Shown: positions 39,660 through 52,320 of the stretch, piece by piece
Position numbering within the stretch: position 1 is the stretch's first letter
Layout: each line of letters starts with the position of its first letter
Source: Octopus sinensis
Lineage: Eukaryota
Direction of reading: 5' to 3'
NCBI RefSeq assembly: GCF_006345805.1
Contig: NC_042998.1
Span: 119,598,001-119,662,000 of the forward strand
Length of the DNA stretch: 64,000 nt
Position numbers and translations under genes: made by a program
The notes under the pieces: model-generated
Told to the model about the DNA's origin: nothing
The model's database searches: none
The model's input: only the letters and a program-made list of their open reading frames with translations

Positions 39660-40462
39660 CTAGCAGCATAGCCCGGCGTTGCCCGGGTATGTAAGAGCCC
39701 CTAGTAGGCAACGACTAATCCCAATCTAGTCCTTTCCCTCTAGGGAACGAAGGAACATGTGTAGGTTGCAATGTCTTCTCTTCACTCGAATACTTCTGTG
39801 TATACGAATGTTCCTAGCTGTCCCTTTGGGCAATAAAAGGGTCGAGTTGCGTCCCCTAGACAGTCTGTGGTTTGTGTTTAATACACAAATCAGTTTGCTA
39901 TGTGTGCCACATATGATTTAATTAACCGATTTTTTTCCAGTAATAAAGTATCCTATTGGAATAAAAAGGGCCATATAGCTCCTTGAAGCAGACATGATGC
40001 TCGCTGTGAATTTAAAAAAAAATTCCTGCCAATTTGTGAAAGATGTCGAAAATATGTCATCTTGAATTTGAACGCGATTTCCAAAAATGGCATGATTTTA
40101 TCGATTTTTTTTTTCTGATGGTAAGGTATTGCATGGAAAACTAACGTCAGAATTAAGTTTCTAAGGGTAACATTAAGCTTCACCATGAGTTTGGTGAAAA
40201 TCGATTGCAAGTTGCGAAAACTACAAGAGAAAATGTGTTGCATATAAACGCTTAGATTCTCGACCCCCATGTTGAATTTATCAATTTTTTTCAGAACTGG
40301 GGGAACTTTTCAAAATTTTCGCTGCGTTAGTTTTGAATTATGACATTGGGCTATGTGTGTGTCAAGTTTCATCAGAATCGGTTGAAAGCCGTGGTCAGGG
40401 TGAGGGTACAACCTGACAGACACACAGACAGACAAACTGCTGTTTATATATATAGAGAGAGA
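39660..40462 (-). mobile_element. Non-autonomous Helitron (copy C)
   Basis: The minus strand starts A|TCTCTCTCTATATATATAAAC and ends CCCGGGCAACGCCGGGCTATGCTGCTAG|T. 40255-40462 is nearly identical to 16672-16883. Confidence 0.85.
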
Positions 40463-40576
40463 TAGACAGATTGGCCATCCCAAGGCTGAAGTTAAAAAGT
40501 ACTTATCCAAGTTGGCATGCATTCAGATGAATCACATAGTTGCAAACTGTTGCAGAACCAGTGTAGTTCATTTTAG

Positions 40577-40578
<2 letters not shown>

Positions 40579-40609
<31 letters not shown>

Positions 40610-40800
40610 TGTGTACAGTGCTCAGGTGCACTACAACTCATCTAAAGTGTATATATAATCAGGTGTAGTTTCGACGGATTTCGGGAAGCATGAGGGCCTT
40701 AAAGGATGCAGTGTCATGGCAGTCAACAACTGATGCAGGCAGTTTATTCCACGCTTCAGCAACCCTGAGCGTGAAAAAATGTTTCCGAAAGTCATGGGAT
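40579..40800 (-). mobile_element. CR1-clade LINE 3' end with (ATT)n tail
   Basis: The minus strand encodes HDFRKHFFTLRVAEAWNKLPASVVDCHDTASFKALMLPEIRRNYT* (the FFxxRVxxxWNxLP motif). It is followed by a short UTR and the (AAT)n tract at 40579-40609. Confidence 0.85.
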
Positions 40801-41862
40801 GCCTATAGATAGTATGTAGGAAGGGAGGAGTGCCAAAGTTTTGGGAGGAAAAGTAATTCGAGTGATCAGCAGTCGATACGACAAGACAGGCTGTGGTTTA
40901 ATACCAGGTCAGCCCTGATCATACAGACCATTGATCAAAGATGGTCCAGCCAATCATGGAAAGTAGAAAAGCAAAGTCAACCTTCTCAAATTTGTACAAT
41001 AATAAAAAAAATTTTCCACTTGGATATGGACTCAAAATTAGGAGGCTGTTCAGTTTTCATAAATTTGAAATACAGACTGTTTCTTCATCTTTGAATGTCA
41101 GGACTATGGGTTATTGACTACTGAGTGTAAATGGTTGTGGAATTGATCTGATATCTCATGGAAGCAGGTTTGGTATTTATGGTTTTTAATTTAGTTCTTA
41201 ATATGGATATTTGTGGTATGTTAAACTTGAGAATAAATTCCCTATTATAAAAGTTCAAGTGTTCTCTTGAAGCATGTTTGGATGACACTAATATATTTTT
41301 GTCACAGCAACAATGTTTGCTATATGATAAAACTGTCATATAGCAAACACTGCTCATTGTGAAAACACTATAAATCCTTATCTGTTAGCTCTAGATTATT
41401 TTGTGGGTTGAAAGAAACAAATCATCTCCTGTTATCTTGGTATTTGACAATCACATTTGATTGTAGATGATGCCTGTTTTCTTACTTTTACATCTGTTAA
41501 TCACATGCAGACCTTTCTATTGACAAATATTCAAGTAAATGCATACATGTGAATGCTCAAAAATACAAGACTGTGTGACCAGCTGAGACAAGAATGAGAG
41601 GAAAACAACATAGATCACCTATAATCGAATTATGATCAGGGCACCATTGAAAATCTTAGTAAATATTCTTGGAGACAAGTCAGCAATTTAACTTGCAGGC
41701 CTAAGCAATTATATGGAAACAAACTTGGAAATTTATGATATTGCCTTTTAAAGTGTAATGGTAGAACTTAATAATTTTTAAAAGGATTAAAACTCTTTAA
41801 CCAATTTTGCTTAAAACATTTTTTAAATAATTTAATTTTAATTATTTTTATTTGCTTTGCAG

Positions 41863-42048
41863 AAGGTGGGATTTTGTTGGGTGCTTCTAGCCTGACTGGT
41901 CGCTATTGGTATGGTTCTTTGTGGTTCTATGAAATAGCGGAACATGGACCTGATGTTGAAAAGTGTACTGCTGGTGTACAATTGGAGGCTGGCATTGACG
42001 ATGCCATTTGGATAGACCAGGATAAAACTCTCATCGGCTTAGACACAG
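41863..42048 (+). CDS. WDR77: WDR77/MEP50 internal coding exon (equivalent to exon 2), 186 nt, phase 1 to phase 1
   Basis: AT/pyrimidine-rich tract ending tttgcAG, with donor ACAG|gtaagg. Encodes xGGILLGASSLTGRYWYGSLWFYEIAEHGPDVEKCTAGVQLEAGIDDAIWIDQDKTLIGLDTG. This matches the MEP50 N-terminal segment as I recall it from human (LLLGASSLSGRCWAGSLW...CSAGVQTEAGVADLTW...VASDSG). Confidence 0.95.
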
Positions 42049-43312
42049 GTAAGGCTATATTTGTTGTGCATTAGTGTAAATGCATATATATTGTATAAAA
42101 ATACACACATCATTGAAAAATGGAATGTATAAGATTTGCAAAAGCTACAGAGAAAATGAGTCTGGTATGTGTGTAATGTTGACCTTGATCAAGGTGAAAA
42201 AACTGAAGAGAGGTTGGACATAATAGATATCAGTATTTAACAGTACATAACATGTCTGACAAAAACCCGTTTTATTTAGCCTTGGCTCAGCCCTTCTGGG
42301 ATGGGTTTTTTTTTATGTACTTGTGGTAGACACATATTGCTTGTATTCTTCCTCTTTTAAGTTGTGGTTTGATGAAAATTTACCTGCTGTTTTTAGACTA
42401 GAAGCTCTGAGGTTTTTTTTGTTTTTTTTTCAAAGAAAATACAGAAAGGCAGGAGAACAAGTAAAGTTAGATCTCTGAATGCTGAACCTTATAAAAAAAA
42501 ATATGGATGTAAGATTGAAAATCTTCAATAGTCTTGTCCTATTCATGCCAACATAGGAAAAGATATTAAAATGGATATTAATGAATTAAAGTATATTTGT
42601 TCTGCACTGTTGTAATAGCTGTTTATCAGTGATGTGTCTATGTATACACACTTGGTTCCATTGATGTTTGAAGAAGAAATTGGCAGCTGTGATGTTAATG
42701 CCTTTCCTAACAGTATCAGCAGCATGAAATAAAATTTCTATGACAAGGAATTGGAAACTGGGTTGTGTATTTCATTTACTGAAAGGTTATATCATGTACT
42801 TGTGTGTCAGCATGTTTCAAATGTTATAGCAACAAAGAAGTGAACCGGTATGTTGTTGTTGTTCCTGCTTGACATCACCTGACATGAGCTGCTATAACAG
42901 AATTGTAGGATATGCAAATGTACCTATCTATACAACATACATAAAACTGAAGAAGATTTGGCCACTACTTGAATTTTACACTCTGTTATCTTTCAGTTAC
43001 CTAAAAGATTTCATAGTGAAACTTGAACTTTGTATGTTGTGTATTAGGTACTATCTTTCATCTTCAAAAATATAAGCTCTGATTAAACCATGTCTTAAGT
43101 AGAGGGCAAATTAGTTTTTTGTATTACTCTATTCAACATTCTTGTGTGACTTATGTGATTACTGTTCTATATTGCAATCCCTTAATCTAATAAGTTTTTT
43201 TTAAATTTTGGGATCAAAGGATGTTGCTCTTGCTATTTTACAATATGGATACATTTAGGTTGATTGTATTGACTCCTGTATTTCATTAGTATTTAATTTA
43301 ATGACACTTCCC

Positions 43313-43313
<1 letters not shown>

Positions 43314-43376
<63 letters not shown>
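43314..43376. repeat. (CA)n microsatellite
   Basis: Uninterrupted CA run of about 60 nt. Confidence 0.95.
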
Positions 43377-43378
<2 letters not shown>

Positions 43379-44099
43379 AAAGGATCAAGTTATTAAAAAA
43401 ATGAAATGGGTGTAGGATGTTTAAGTTTTAATGATCAGATATTCCAGTCATAAATCATGATCTTACTGGATTTTTCTTTTTTTTATCCCCTCAAAGTATG
43501 AGGACTACATTATCTAAAATGTCCTTCACTTAAGATGGGTAGTTTTTTTGGGGCTTTGTTTCTATTTTCAAGTCTGTGCCCCAGCATGGCTGCAGTCAAA
43601 TGACTGAAACAAGTAAAAAAGATGGTTTCCCTTTGTCAGATCAAGTGACTCTATAGTAAGCTGATTTGTTGGCTCAAGTCTGTGAAGTAACCCTTTAACC
43701 TGAAGCAGTTTTCTAAATTTAAAATGCAAACATTACCTGTGTGGTTAAGAAGTTTGCTTCTTGACCATACAGTTCCTGGTTCCCATTGTGCAACAAATTA
43801 GGAAAGTGTCTTCTGTTGTAGCTTTGGATTTACAAAGCCTTGTAAATGGAATTTGATATCTGGAAATTGTAGAAGCCTGTTATCTAAGTGTAAGTGGGTG
43901 AGAGCATATACTTTGTTTACGCGTAAAGTTTTTTTTTGGGGGGGAGGGGTCTAAAAAAAAACGCATTGCAACTGTGTGTGTTTTAAAAATTGATATTTGA
44001 TGCATGGAAAGATCAATTTCTTAATAGTTCAGTCTGTATATGTGAAAAAAAAAACATTCAGAAAGTCTATACTGGAGAATAAGAATACAGTAATATTGC

Positions 44100-45065
44100 A
44101 GTACAGTGCCTGTTCACCACAAATGATGTAATGGGAGTTACTTGGAGTAAGAGAGTACTTCTGCCCTGTAGGATGAAGAATATATCCAAATTTGTTAGAA
44201 ACGTATTGCATTCCATCTCTTGTAACACTCACTGCAAGAATTACTCTTGTTCATCTTATTTTTGCTACTTTCACTATTGATGTCATTAGCAACAAAGATT
44301 TTCAAGCCTTTGAAGTGTAAATTCTTTAGCCAATAATTTTTGCAGCGAACTGTAATGGTGTATGTAGAGCTTCTGTACTCTTTTCAGTTTGCTCTTCTTT
44401 TTACAAACATCAACTCCTCATTTGGCAAACTTTCTCAATGGGATTGTAACAATTCATCCATATCATCATCCACAATTTCTGTTGTCACAATATCTTGCCA
44501 AACTTGATGTAAAATTTCTATTGGTGGAAAATCTATATCACTAGTACAGTGTGGCCATATGTTTTATCAAAAGCAATTATAGCTGAGGATTCCACATCAT
44601 CCCATGACTTGTTTTCCACTGCAGTCATAATGTTGAACTTTTTCCAGATGCCTTGGAGATTTTATTGAACTATCACATCAGAAAGATTTTATTTCACTGG
44701 TGGGGCTTGTACATTGCCTAAAAGAAGTAATGTTTTGTTGGAACTATATTTATCACTGACCTATTCTACATCAGGTCAAAAAAGGCCCATGCTCTTTCAA
44801 GAAAGCCCAGTTTCATCAACATTGTGCACTTGTTCGAGTGTATAGCCTCTTTCAGCAATAATTTTCTTCAGTTCTTTGGGATAATTAGTAGCAGCCTCTA
44901 ATTTGCAATGACAACTAACTCATCAATCATTTTAATATTGTGCAAAATAAGATTCAAACTTAAACCTTTCAGACCAGCTTTTACTAGCATGAAAAGGTTT
45001 TGCATCAAAAGTTACACATTTCTACTTACTGCAGATTAACAAACTTTTAACTTTTGTTTGAATGA
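44100..45065 (-). mobile_element. Tigger/pogo transposase relic
   Basis: Minus-strand fragments FHASKSWSERFK, YPKELKKIIAERGYTLEQVHNVDETGLS*KSM and KTLLLLGNVQAP correspond to pogo/Tigger CENP-B HTH and DDE motifs. Confidence 0.8.
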
Positions 45066-46829
45066 CCACCAGATAATTAAGCTTAGTTTAATGTCTAGCA
45101 TAATCCCTTTGATTCTTCTTTGTACTACTTGGTTCAAATCAAGAATAAGGGTAATCTATTCTGTTGGTGATTAAATCCAACAGCTTGAAGGCATGCATTT
45201 GGGATGTTGTACTCGTGATCATTAAGTTGTGGTTTGAATTCCTGGATTTGGCAAAACAATTTAACATTGCTCCAGTCTATTGAACTGGCAAAATGAGTAA
45301 CCCTGCAACAGATTGGTTTCCTGTCCAGGGGTGGAATCCAGGAAACCAGTCTTATGAGCCAGAATTTTTTTTTTTTTTTTTTCTGTTAATCCAACAGCAG
45401 ATGTGATAAACTAAAAATCCATACTATGTAGTAAAATAATAGAATCCTGGGAAGGAAGTGGTGTTGAACATCAGAAACTAGTTGTACTTTTGCTTTTGAA
45501 GCAAAAATTAGAAACTGAAAGGTGTTTAGAGAATGAAGCTGGGGGATTACAGCTAGGCACAAAGCCCAGGCCTGTTGAATTAATTGGTGCTTGCATAAAC
45601 AAGATGAGGAGATACTAAGAAGAGAGTAATTACATGTTGATGTGTATGATGAAATCAGGGAAACTCAAGGTCAGTTATAATACAAGCACAAACTATGTAG
45701 TGGGTCATAGTAGGAAAGATATAGGTATTGGCAAGGTATTAAAAACGGAAAGAAAATATGTATCATGATTTTAACTTTCAAAATTTACTCAAGTTTTTGT
45801 CTAAGGGGAAAATTACAGACTGTATACTGAAATTAGCCATCAAACTTGAAAATTTCTGTAAGTATGGAATTCTGTAAACTGAGTTAATGCAGGAGATACC
45901 TGAATATTTTATCCTTCTTGTTTTACTCTTGAGTGTAATGCTGGCCTTAATTTTGATCCTTCATAGTTGGTATTGAATTTGCTGCATTGTACATAAGTAA
46001 ATATTTATGAGTGAGTGAGTAGACAAATGAAAAAGGCACTCATCACATTTAGTAGGAGTTACATATTTTTAAAAAATTAGTTTGATTTGGCCCTTAACCA
46101 CCAATACTTGTGCAGACCTTGGGCTGACTTTCCAGCTTTATGCATTTTCTGTAACCTCTTACGATTGTCATCATATAACATGGGTGTGCGCATGCACAGA
46201 CACACACAATCTATATGTATGCTTTTTCTCTTTCTTTTGCTCTAACATCACCAGACCTCAGTCCAACACCAAATCTGATTATCCCCCTCCCCACCATAGC
46301 ACTGTTTCTACTGTGTTAGCATTTACCAGTCATGCTCATATGCATCCATTCAGATAAACATGAACAAGTTCATACACACATACAGCAAACACTAACACAT
46401 GTATTTGCAAACACACACACACACACACACACAACTGATATACATGCAACTGACACACACATCCATGTACCCAAGCTTGGCTGATATACACTCACTAACA
46501 TGTACATAGGCACCATGAAGCTGATGCCATCGGCCCTCACCCACATGCCAACTTACACACCCACATCAGACATACACATCCTAGTACTCATACATCTGGC
46601 ACACACACTGCCTTGTCAGCCATTGATCTGATGTCATTAAAATTCTTTTAAATAGCATCCAGGCAGTGAGTTCCCACCAGTTTCTTGTCCAGCTATGCGT
46701 TCCTAGAAATTCAGATTGAGATATCTTTCTTGATGGATTTTGATGTTGTTGAAATTTCAATGTCATTTCTAACACTGCGACCCACCCTGACAAGCCTACA
46801 AAATTTTAAGTTGCATATATCTAAAACAA

Positions 46830-47440
46830 AATTTGAAGAAATTTTATAAACACCAAACAAACTCTACCTCCACAAAACAGAAAGTGTAAAATCCCTATAT
46901 ACTAATCAAATTTCACCTAGAGAAACAGAAACATACAACTTTTACTCAAATACTTTTGTGATCATCAAAGCATGAGAGAAACAACCTTCTATACTAACAA
47001 AGCCATGACATAGCTGACTAATAATCCCAACCTTGCAAATGAAAACAAGAAACACTCTAACAAGTAAAGAAATGACCAGCCTACTTACTACCTACCTGCA
47101 TACTGGACATTGTATCATTGGATCTTTACATTATCAAAGCAAAAGGATTAAATCTAGTAGTACCAAAAGCAACAAAAATACTGTCACACCTCATGCCTAC
47201 CTAACAAAAAAAAGAAACAGTTCTTCATGCATGAATTCTAAACAATAACTTAAACCCAAATTTTATCAATTAATTTTTTTTTTCAAAACCCCTTTCTGTA
47301 AAAACATAATTGCTACCCCACTCAAACCCACACACTCAAAGATGACTTTAACTCAGAGACTATACGAAGGCAAGATTAATTTCTAATGCATTGCAGTCCT
47401 AACAATGGCTTAGCTTGCTGAAACTTTGAAGTCACTATCA
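46830..47440 (+). mobile_element. Highly degraded Penelope-like element 3' portion (GIY-YIG remnant plus pLTR)
   Basis: A-rich strand. The TSLLTTYLHTGHC segment resembles the S-L-x-x-H-x-x-x-TGH motif of PLE GIY-YIG endonucleases and is followed by a hammerhead-like motif. Confidence 0.4.
47395..47436 (+). ncRNA. Decayed Penelope-type hammerhead motif (second family)
   Basis: agtc CTAACAA T GGC ttagctt GCT GAAA CTT TG AAG TC act. It reverts to CTGACGA-TGGC...GCC-GAAACTTCGAAGTC, with a palindromic stem III, mostly through CpG-type transitions. Confidence 0.45.
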
Positions 47441-47654
47441 ACAACATTCTTGTATAAGTATGATAAATTTGTCCTCTAGAAAAGTATGAAGTAACTCATC
47501 AGGTTAATGTAAAATTGTTTTTATTATAGCTGATCATAAAAACAAACAATATATATATAGACATACATACAAAGTGTTGGATGAGTATAGAGTGGTAATA
47601 AAAAAGAGATGACACAGGGAAACAATATTAGTCTTGCAATGCCTAAGTGTAATA

Positions 47655-47703
<49 letters not shown>

Positions 47704-47824
47704 TACACACATGCACGTGTCGATCTGCATCCATTTATGTTAAAAACAAAAACTTAATGACTTGATAAATAGAACGGATGTTAAATTATGATGATGATGA
47801 TGATCAAAAACTGGCACACCATCA

Positions 47825-48080
47825 ATTATGATGATGAGTTTTCCAGTTGATCTGATCAACAGGACAGCCTGTTCATGAAATTAACACGCAAGTGGCTGAG
47901 CATGTCACAGACATGCATACCCCTGATGTAGTTCTCAGGGAGATTCAGAGGCACAGAATCTGACAAAGCTAGCCCTTTGAATTACATGTATAACTCACTT
48001 TTGCCAGCTGAGTGGACTGGAGCAACATGAAGTAAAGTCTCTTGCTCAAAGACAAAATGTATCACTGGGAATCAAACTAA
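47825..48080 (-). mobile_element. SINE family 3 with a CORE-like domain
   Basis: The minus strand contains ttgagcaagagactttacttcatgttgctccagtccactcagctggcaaaagtgagt. A related + strand copy lies at about 45195-45360. Confidence 0.6.
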
Positions 48081-49752
48081 TATGTATATAGATTGGCTTA
48101 AATTATTAAAGGCAGCGCCCTCTACATGGTCACAAGAACCAGAAAAAAATTGAAGCTAAACTGACATGTTTTTCTTTCCTTCTTTTAGTTGTCTTTTTGT
48201 ATTAGCTAATGTGTTATTTTAGATTTTAACTGTGTTACACACCATCTCCTCCTTACTGACAGACTGAGAATCGAGTTTAGTAGAGTTACCCGTGTGACAT
48301 TCTCTACTTCCTTAATCTTTAGATGAGTATCTCTCAAGGGAATATCATTTTTAACAAATACAAAAGGGTTTTGGGGTGGAAGACTTTTAATATGAATGCG
48401 TATATACTATCTAGGATATTCAATCCAAATTTTAAGATTGTGTATAGCAACTCTCAAAAAAAAATTTTTTTTTTTTCTTGTCTGGTGACAGAAGAATGCT
48501 GTAAAAAAAAAAGAAAAGAAATGAATTGCAGTACTTGGAGGAAGTTGTAATAAAATCTTTGGTCTTAATATCATATGTTTTATCCTAGTTAATGCACGCA
48601 CTCATCCACCCACACATGCTTATGTATGTAGAAATTATAGTTACTATGCACATCAAGTTGGCTTACATGAATCATTCAGTGTGCTAAAAGCAACAACTAA
48701 ACCTCCTTTAAATCAGAATCTACCAATTTCAATAAGTATAATTTGAGGTTTTCCTAAATACACTTATATCTTAATAAAAGGCTGGAATGCCTTTACTCAT
48801 GTCTGTCTGCTCATTTCAGAACAGGCTTAGGGTTACAGAATTATATTTATAAAGACTTTTTTTACTGCATGTGCACGCACACACACACACTTACATTGTT
48901 TCACTGGCTGGAAATCATGATACAGATGGTTTACAATTAAGACTAAATTTTAAATTTTTTTACTTTTCTTTCTATGGAATTTGTTTTTTAGGATTAGTTT
49001 GAAATAGATTATTAATCTGGCATTAAAAGTGTTATTTGATATTTCCCTATATATAGCAGCAGGATTTTTTTCTTGCTGATTAAGGAATTAATATTTAATA
49101 CTAGCAGCAAGAAGCACTTAACATTGCTTTAGATTTTTGTATAACTGAAACTTTACGCTATCGTTATCATCTTTTAACATCCATGTTCCATGCTGGTCAA
49201 TGATTGAAAAATATTTCTCTCTTTTAGAAATAGACAAAAAGAATTTCTTTTTATTGGTAAAAAGATTTGTGTAATGCTTTTGGGCATATTCCTAATTAAA
49301 ATGAGTTTTGATTATGAGGTTTTGTGCACAATATTTTTAGTTAGTATTTACAAATTTATTGTTGAGAAGACCTATCTTTATATTTGTCAGGAGTTCCTGT
49401 TGTCTCTGGCTTCATTCAGTGCACATCATGCAAGAAACCTTACTTCTCAATGTTTAAACTGATTACTTTAAGACATGTCATTTTCTTTCAAAACAAAGCC
49501 TGACAGAAAATAGTTTGTCTTCTGAGTTGAACAGGAAGGTTTTTGGAGACAGATTTCCCCCTCTAGTTACCATGGTTGTTACTGCTGCTGTTCTTATACA
49601 GTTAGTTTTCTCCTACTCTGAATGTTCCACGTAGTATTTCTTTTGTGGACTAGCTGCTGCTGGAAACAGTATTTGATTTACAAGATATTACACCTCTTAG
49701 TCTTAGTATTGGTATGTTTTTTTTTCTTTGCTAGAGTACAGGACAAATTTAG

Positions 49753-49888
49753 CCCTTTAGCATTTAAACCAGCCATGTCCAGCCCGAATATTTAATCTGT
49801 TTTATGTTCAAAGTGGCCAGTTCAAGTCTCTCACACCAACTCTACAATGTCACATTGCATATGAGAAAGTAATCTGAATGTTAAAGGG
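49753..49888 (-). mobile_element. TTAA MITE family copy (internally deleted)
   Basis: CCCTTTAGCATTTAAACC ... AATCTGAATGTTAAAGGG|TTAA. Confidence 0.7.
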
Positions 49889-50074
49889 TTAAAATGTTGA
49901 AAACTATCTAGATTTTGTTAAATATGGTGTTTATCCTTGCTTTTTGCAATCTTCATAAACTTCACTTTCCAGAACACTGAGACGATAAATGTGTGTGTGG
50001 GGGTGCAAGTAAAACTAAGGGAGAAGTATAGAAGATATATATATATAACTAGTAGCAGTAATGGTGTTTAACAT

Positions 50075-50270
50075 TAGATTAACCCTGATCAAGCAGACCT
50101 ATGGTCAGTGGCATTTCAGTTGTGACCATTCCATCTTTTTTCAAACAATTTGTACTCTTGGCTACATTATCCAAAATGTCTCTTTTTTTCTTTTTTATGT
50201 TGGTTGTGTGTGATTTGAAGAGGACTTGGCTGCTATTTCTAATAGGTTGAAAGATCATGTAAATAAAGCC
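50075..50270 (+). repeat. Abundant dispersed short repeat (ccctgatcaagcagacc...gatttgaggga gatttggctgctatttctag type)
   Basis: Similar segments at ~1-80, 13750-13970, 24740-24870, 33690-33745, 38030-38170, 52360-52540, 53010-53200 and 59450-59560, and in reverse at ~590-730 and 27000-27160. Class not determined. Confidence 0.6.
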
Positions 50271-51239
50271 TTCTATATTGGTGTGAGATTTCCAAGTAGT
50301 TTTTGTTTTAAAATACTATAGTGAAAAAGTCAAAAGGAAAATTAAACTGATTACTGCAAAACACTTTCCTAATTAAGTAGATTTATGTTTTACCTTGTGA
50401 TAGGTATTGATTGCTTTGTATAGCCACAGTTTGACATTTAAAATGATTTTAATGGAAAAATAAATCTTAACACACATATCCAGTATTTTATGTCTAGTGC
50501 CAAGTTACACTTTGAGGTAACCATTATTTGACCCTCAGGATCAACCATGATCAAGCATACCTGTAGTCAAAGATGTTCCAGCCTGTAACTATCCCTCCTT
50601 CCCCAGTGATATGCAGTTAGGATTATTTGAAAAGTTTAGACTTAATCTCACAAAGGGAATTGAAATGGTTAAAGGAAAGTCTTTCTTTTGTATGCTAGTA
50701 AAGGGCAATTATAGACGGGTTTCATGTAATTAGATCTTCTCAACATGGGTGTAGGCATGGCTGTGTGTTGAGAAATTTGCTTCCCAACCACATGGTTCAT
50801 TGTGGTATTGTTTTACAGCTGGATGGGCTTCTCGTCACTAACTCTTATCTACTTTTCAAATAAGAAATATCTTATTTCACACATCTTCAAAACCAGCAGA
50901 TAACCCATTGATTGGGAAAATTACAGCAACATCACTGCCTATAGCTGAGTGATTTTTCGGATAAGCACAAACATGCATGCGTGCGCACACACACTTGCGC
51001 GTGCTGGGCTTCTTTCACATTCTTATTGATGTTCTTGCAAGGCTTTGGTCAATCCAGAGTTGTGCTGTGCTACTACCCGAAACCACATGGTTGAGACCTG
51101 AGTCTTTTAACCACATAACATTAAATCAATTTTACTTTGCTGTGTTCAATATAACAGTCATATATTTATTCAAATTCACATCACTGACTAGCTTCAGTTA
51201 TTTCTGATGTATTTTGTTTGTTTTTTATATATAATATTG

Positions 51240-51630
51240 ACCTCTAGCATAGGCACCAGGGCTCAAATTTGAGGAAGAGATGTTATATCAACCTCAGTAT
51301 TTTCTAATACTTTTTCTCAACACTGGAAAGCTGAAAAGCAAGATTAACTTCAGTAAGGTATGAACTCAAAACATCAAACGTTGTCACTAAAGGCCACAAG
51401 ACATTTTATCTAATGCTCTTATGATTATGCTAATCCATTCCTCTGAAATATTAGCATAAGGCCAGCAATTTCAGGGGAGAAGGCACATTAATTATATTGG
51501 CTCCAGTGTTCAACTGGTACTATTTTATTAATCCTAAAATGATGAAAGGCAAAGTAACTTTGGCAGAATTTGAACTCAGAACACATGAAATGTCACTAAG
51601 CACTTAAGCACTGTCAGCTTACTGCCTTTC
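51240..51630 (-). mobile_element. Two tandem SINE family 2 copies
   Basis: Two successive aggc...aaattt...tacttt...gaaa(g/a)gcaa...tgaactca units. Confidence 0.7.
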
Positions 51631-51924
51631 CTCTGAAATGTAATGTTAATACTAGTTCTGAACATTAAGCTCAAGGATGGATGCCTTAGTTATCATGATA
51701 CTGTAGATTTATTAGAGTGTAAATGGATAGTGTTATGAGGCCCATTCCATTCTGTAAGGCTTTTAATAAAATATGACTTGCAACTGAGATTTGAAACTAG
51801 ATTTTTATGGTTATCCCACAAAATTGTTTTGAGTAAGAATACTTTAGGAATTGCCAACATGCTGAGGCTAAGTCAAATATATTCATGAAATATATTGGAT
51901 GCTATACTTTTATTAGTAGTAGTA

Positions 51925-52320
51925 AGAGAGCAGAATTGTTAGCACACCAGACAAAATGCTTTGAAGCACTTCCAACTTTACATGTTAACTTTGCCTTTCA
52001 CCCTTTTAGGTTCAATAAAATAAGTACTGGTTGAGTACTGAAGTCAATGTAGTTGACTTCCTCCCTCCCTTGAAATTACTGGCCTTGTGCCAAAATTTGA
52101 AACCACTATTATTATTTGTGAGAGCAGAATCATTAGCACACCAGACTAAATGCTTAGCAACATTTCTTTTGATTTTACATTGAGTTCAAATGCCGCTGGA
52201 GTTGACTTTACCTTTTATCCTTTCAGGCTAGATAAAATAAGCACCAGTATGTTATTGACTTACTTCCTTCCAGCCAAAATTTCAGGCCTTGTGCTTATAG
52301 TAGAAAGGATTATTATTATT
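51925..52320 (+). mobile_element. Two tandem SINE family 2 copies
   Basis: gagagcagaat(tg/ca)ttagcac starts at about 51927 and 52120; each unit ends ggccttgtgc...attattatt. Confidence 0.75.

Noticed and set aside
41874-42074. ORF-track 66-aa single-exon protein
   Set aside because: It is an internal WDR77 exon read through its splice donor; the true limits are 41863-42048.
43735-43790. tRNA-like sequence (tgtgtggttaagaagtttgc...ggttccc)
   Set aside because: Degenerate SINE head with no complete cloverleaf; not a tRNA gene.
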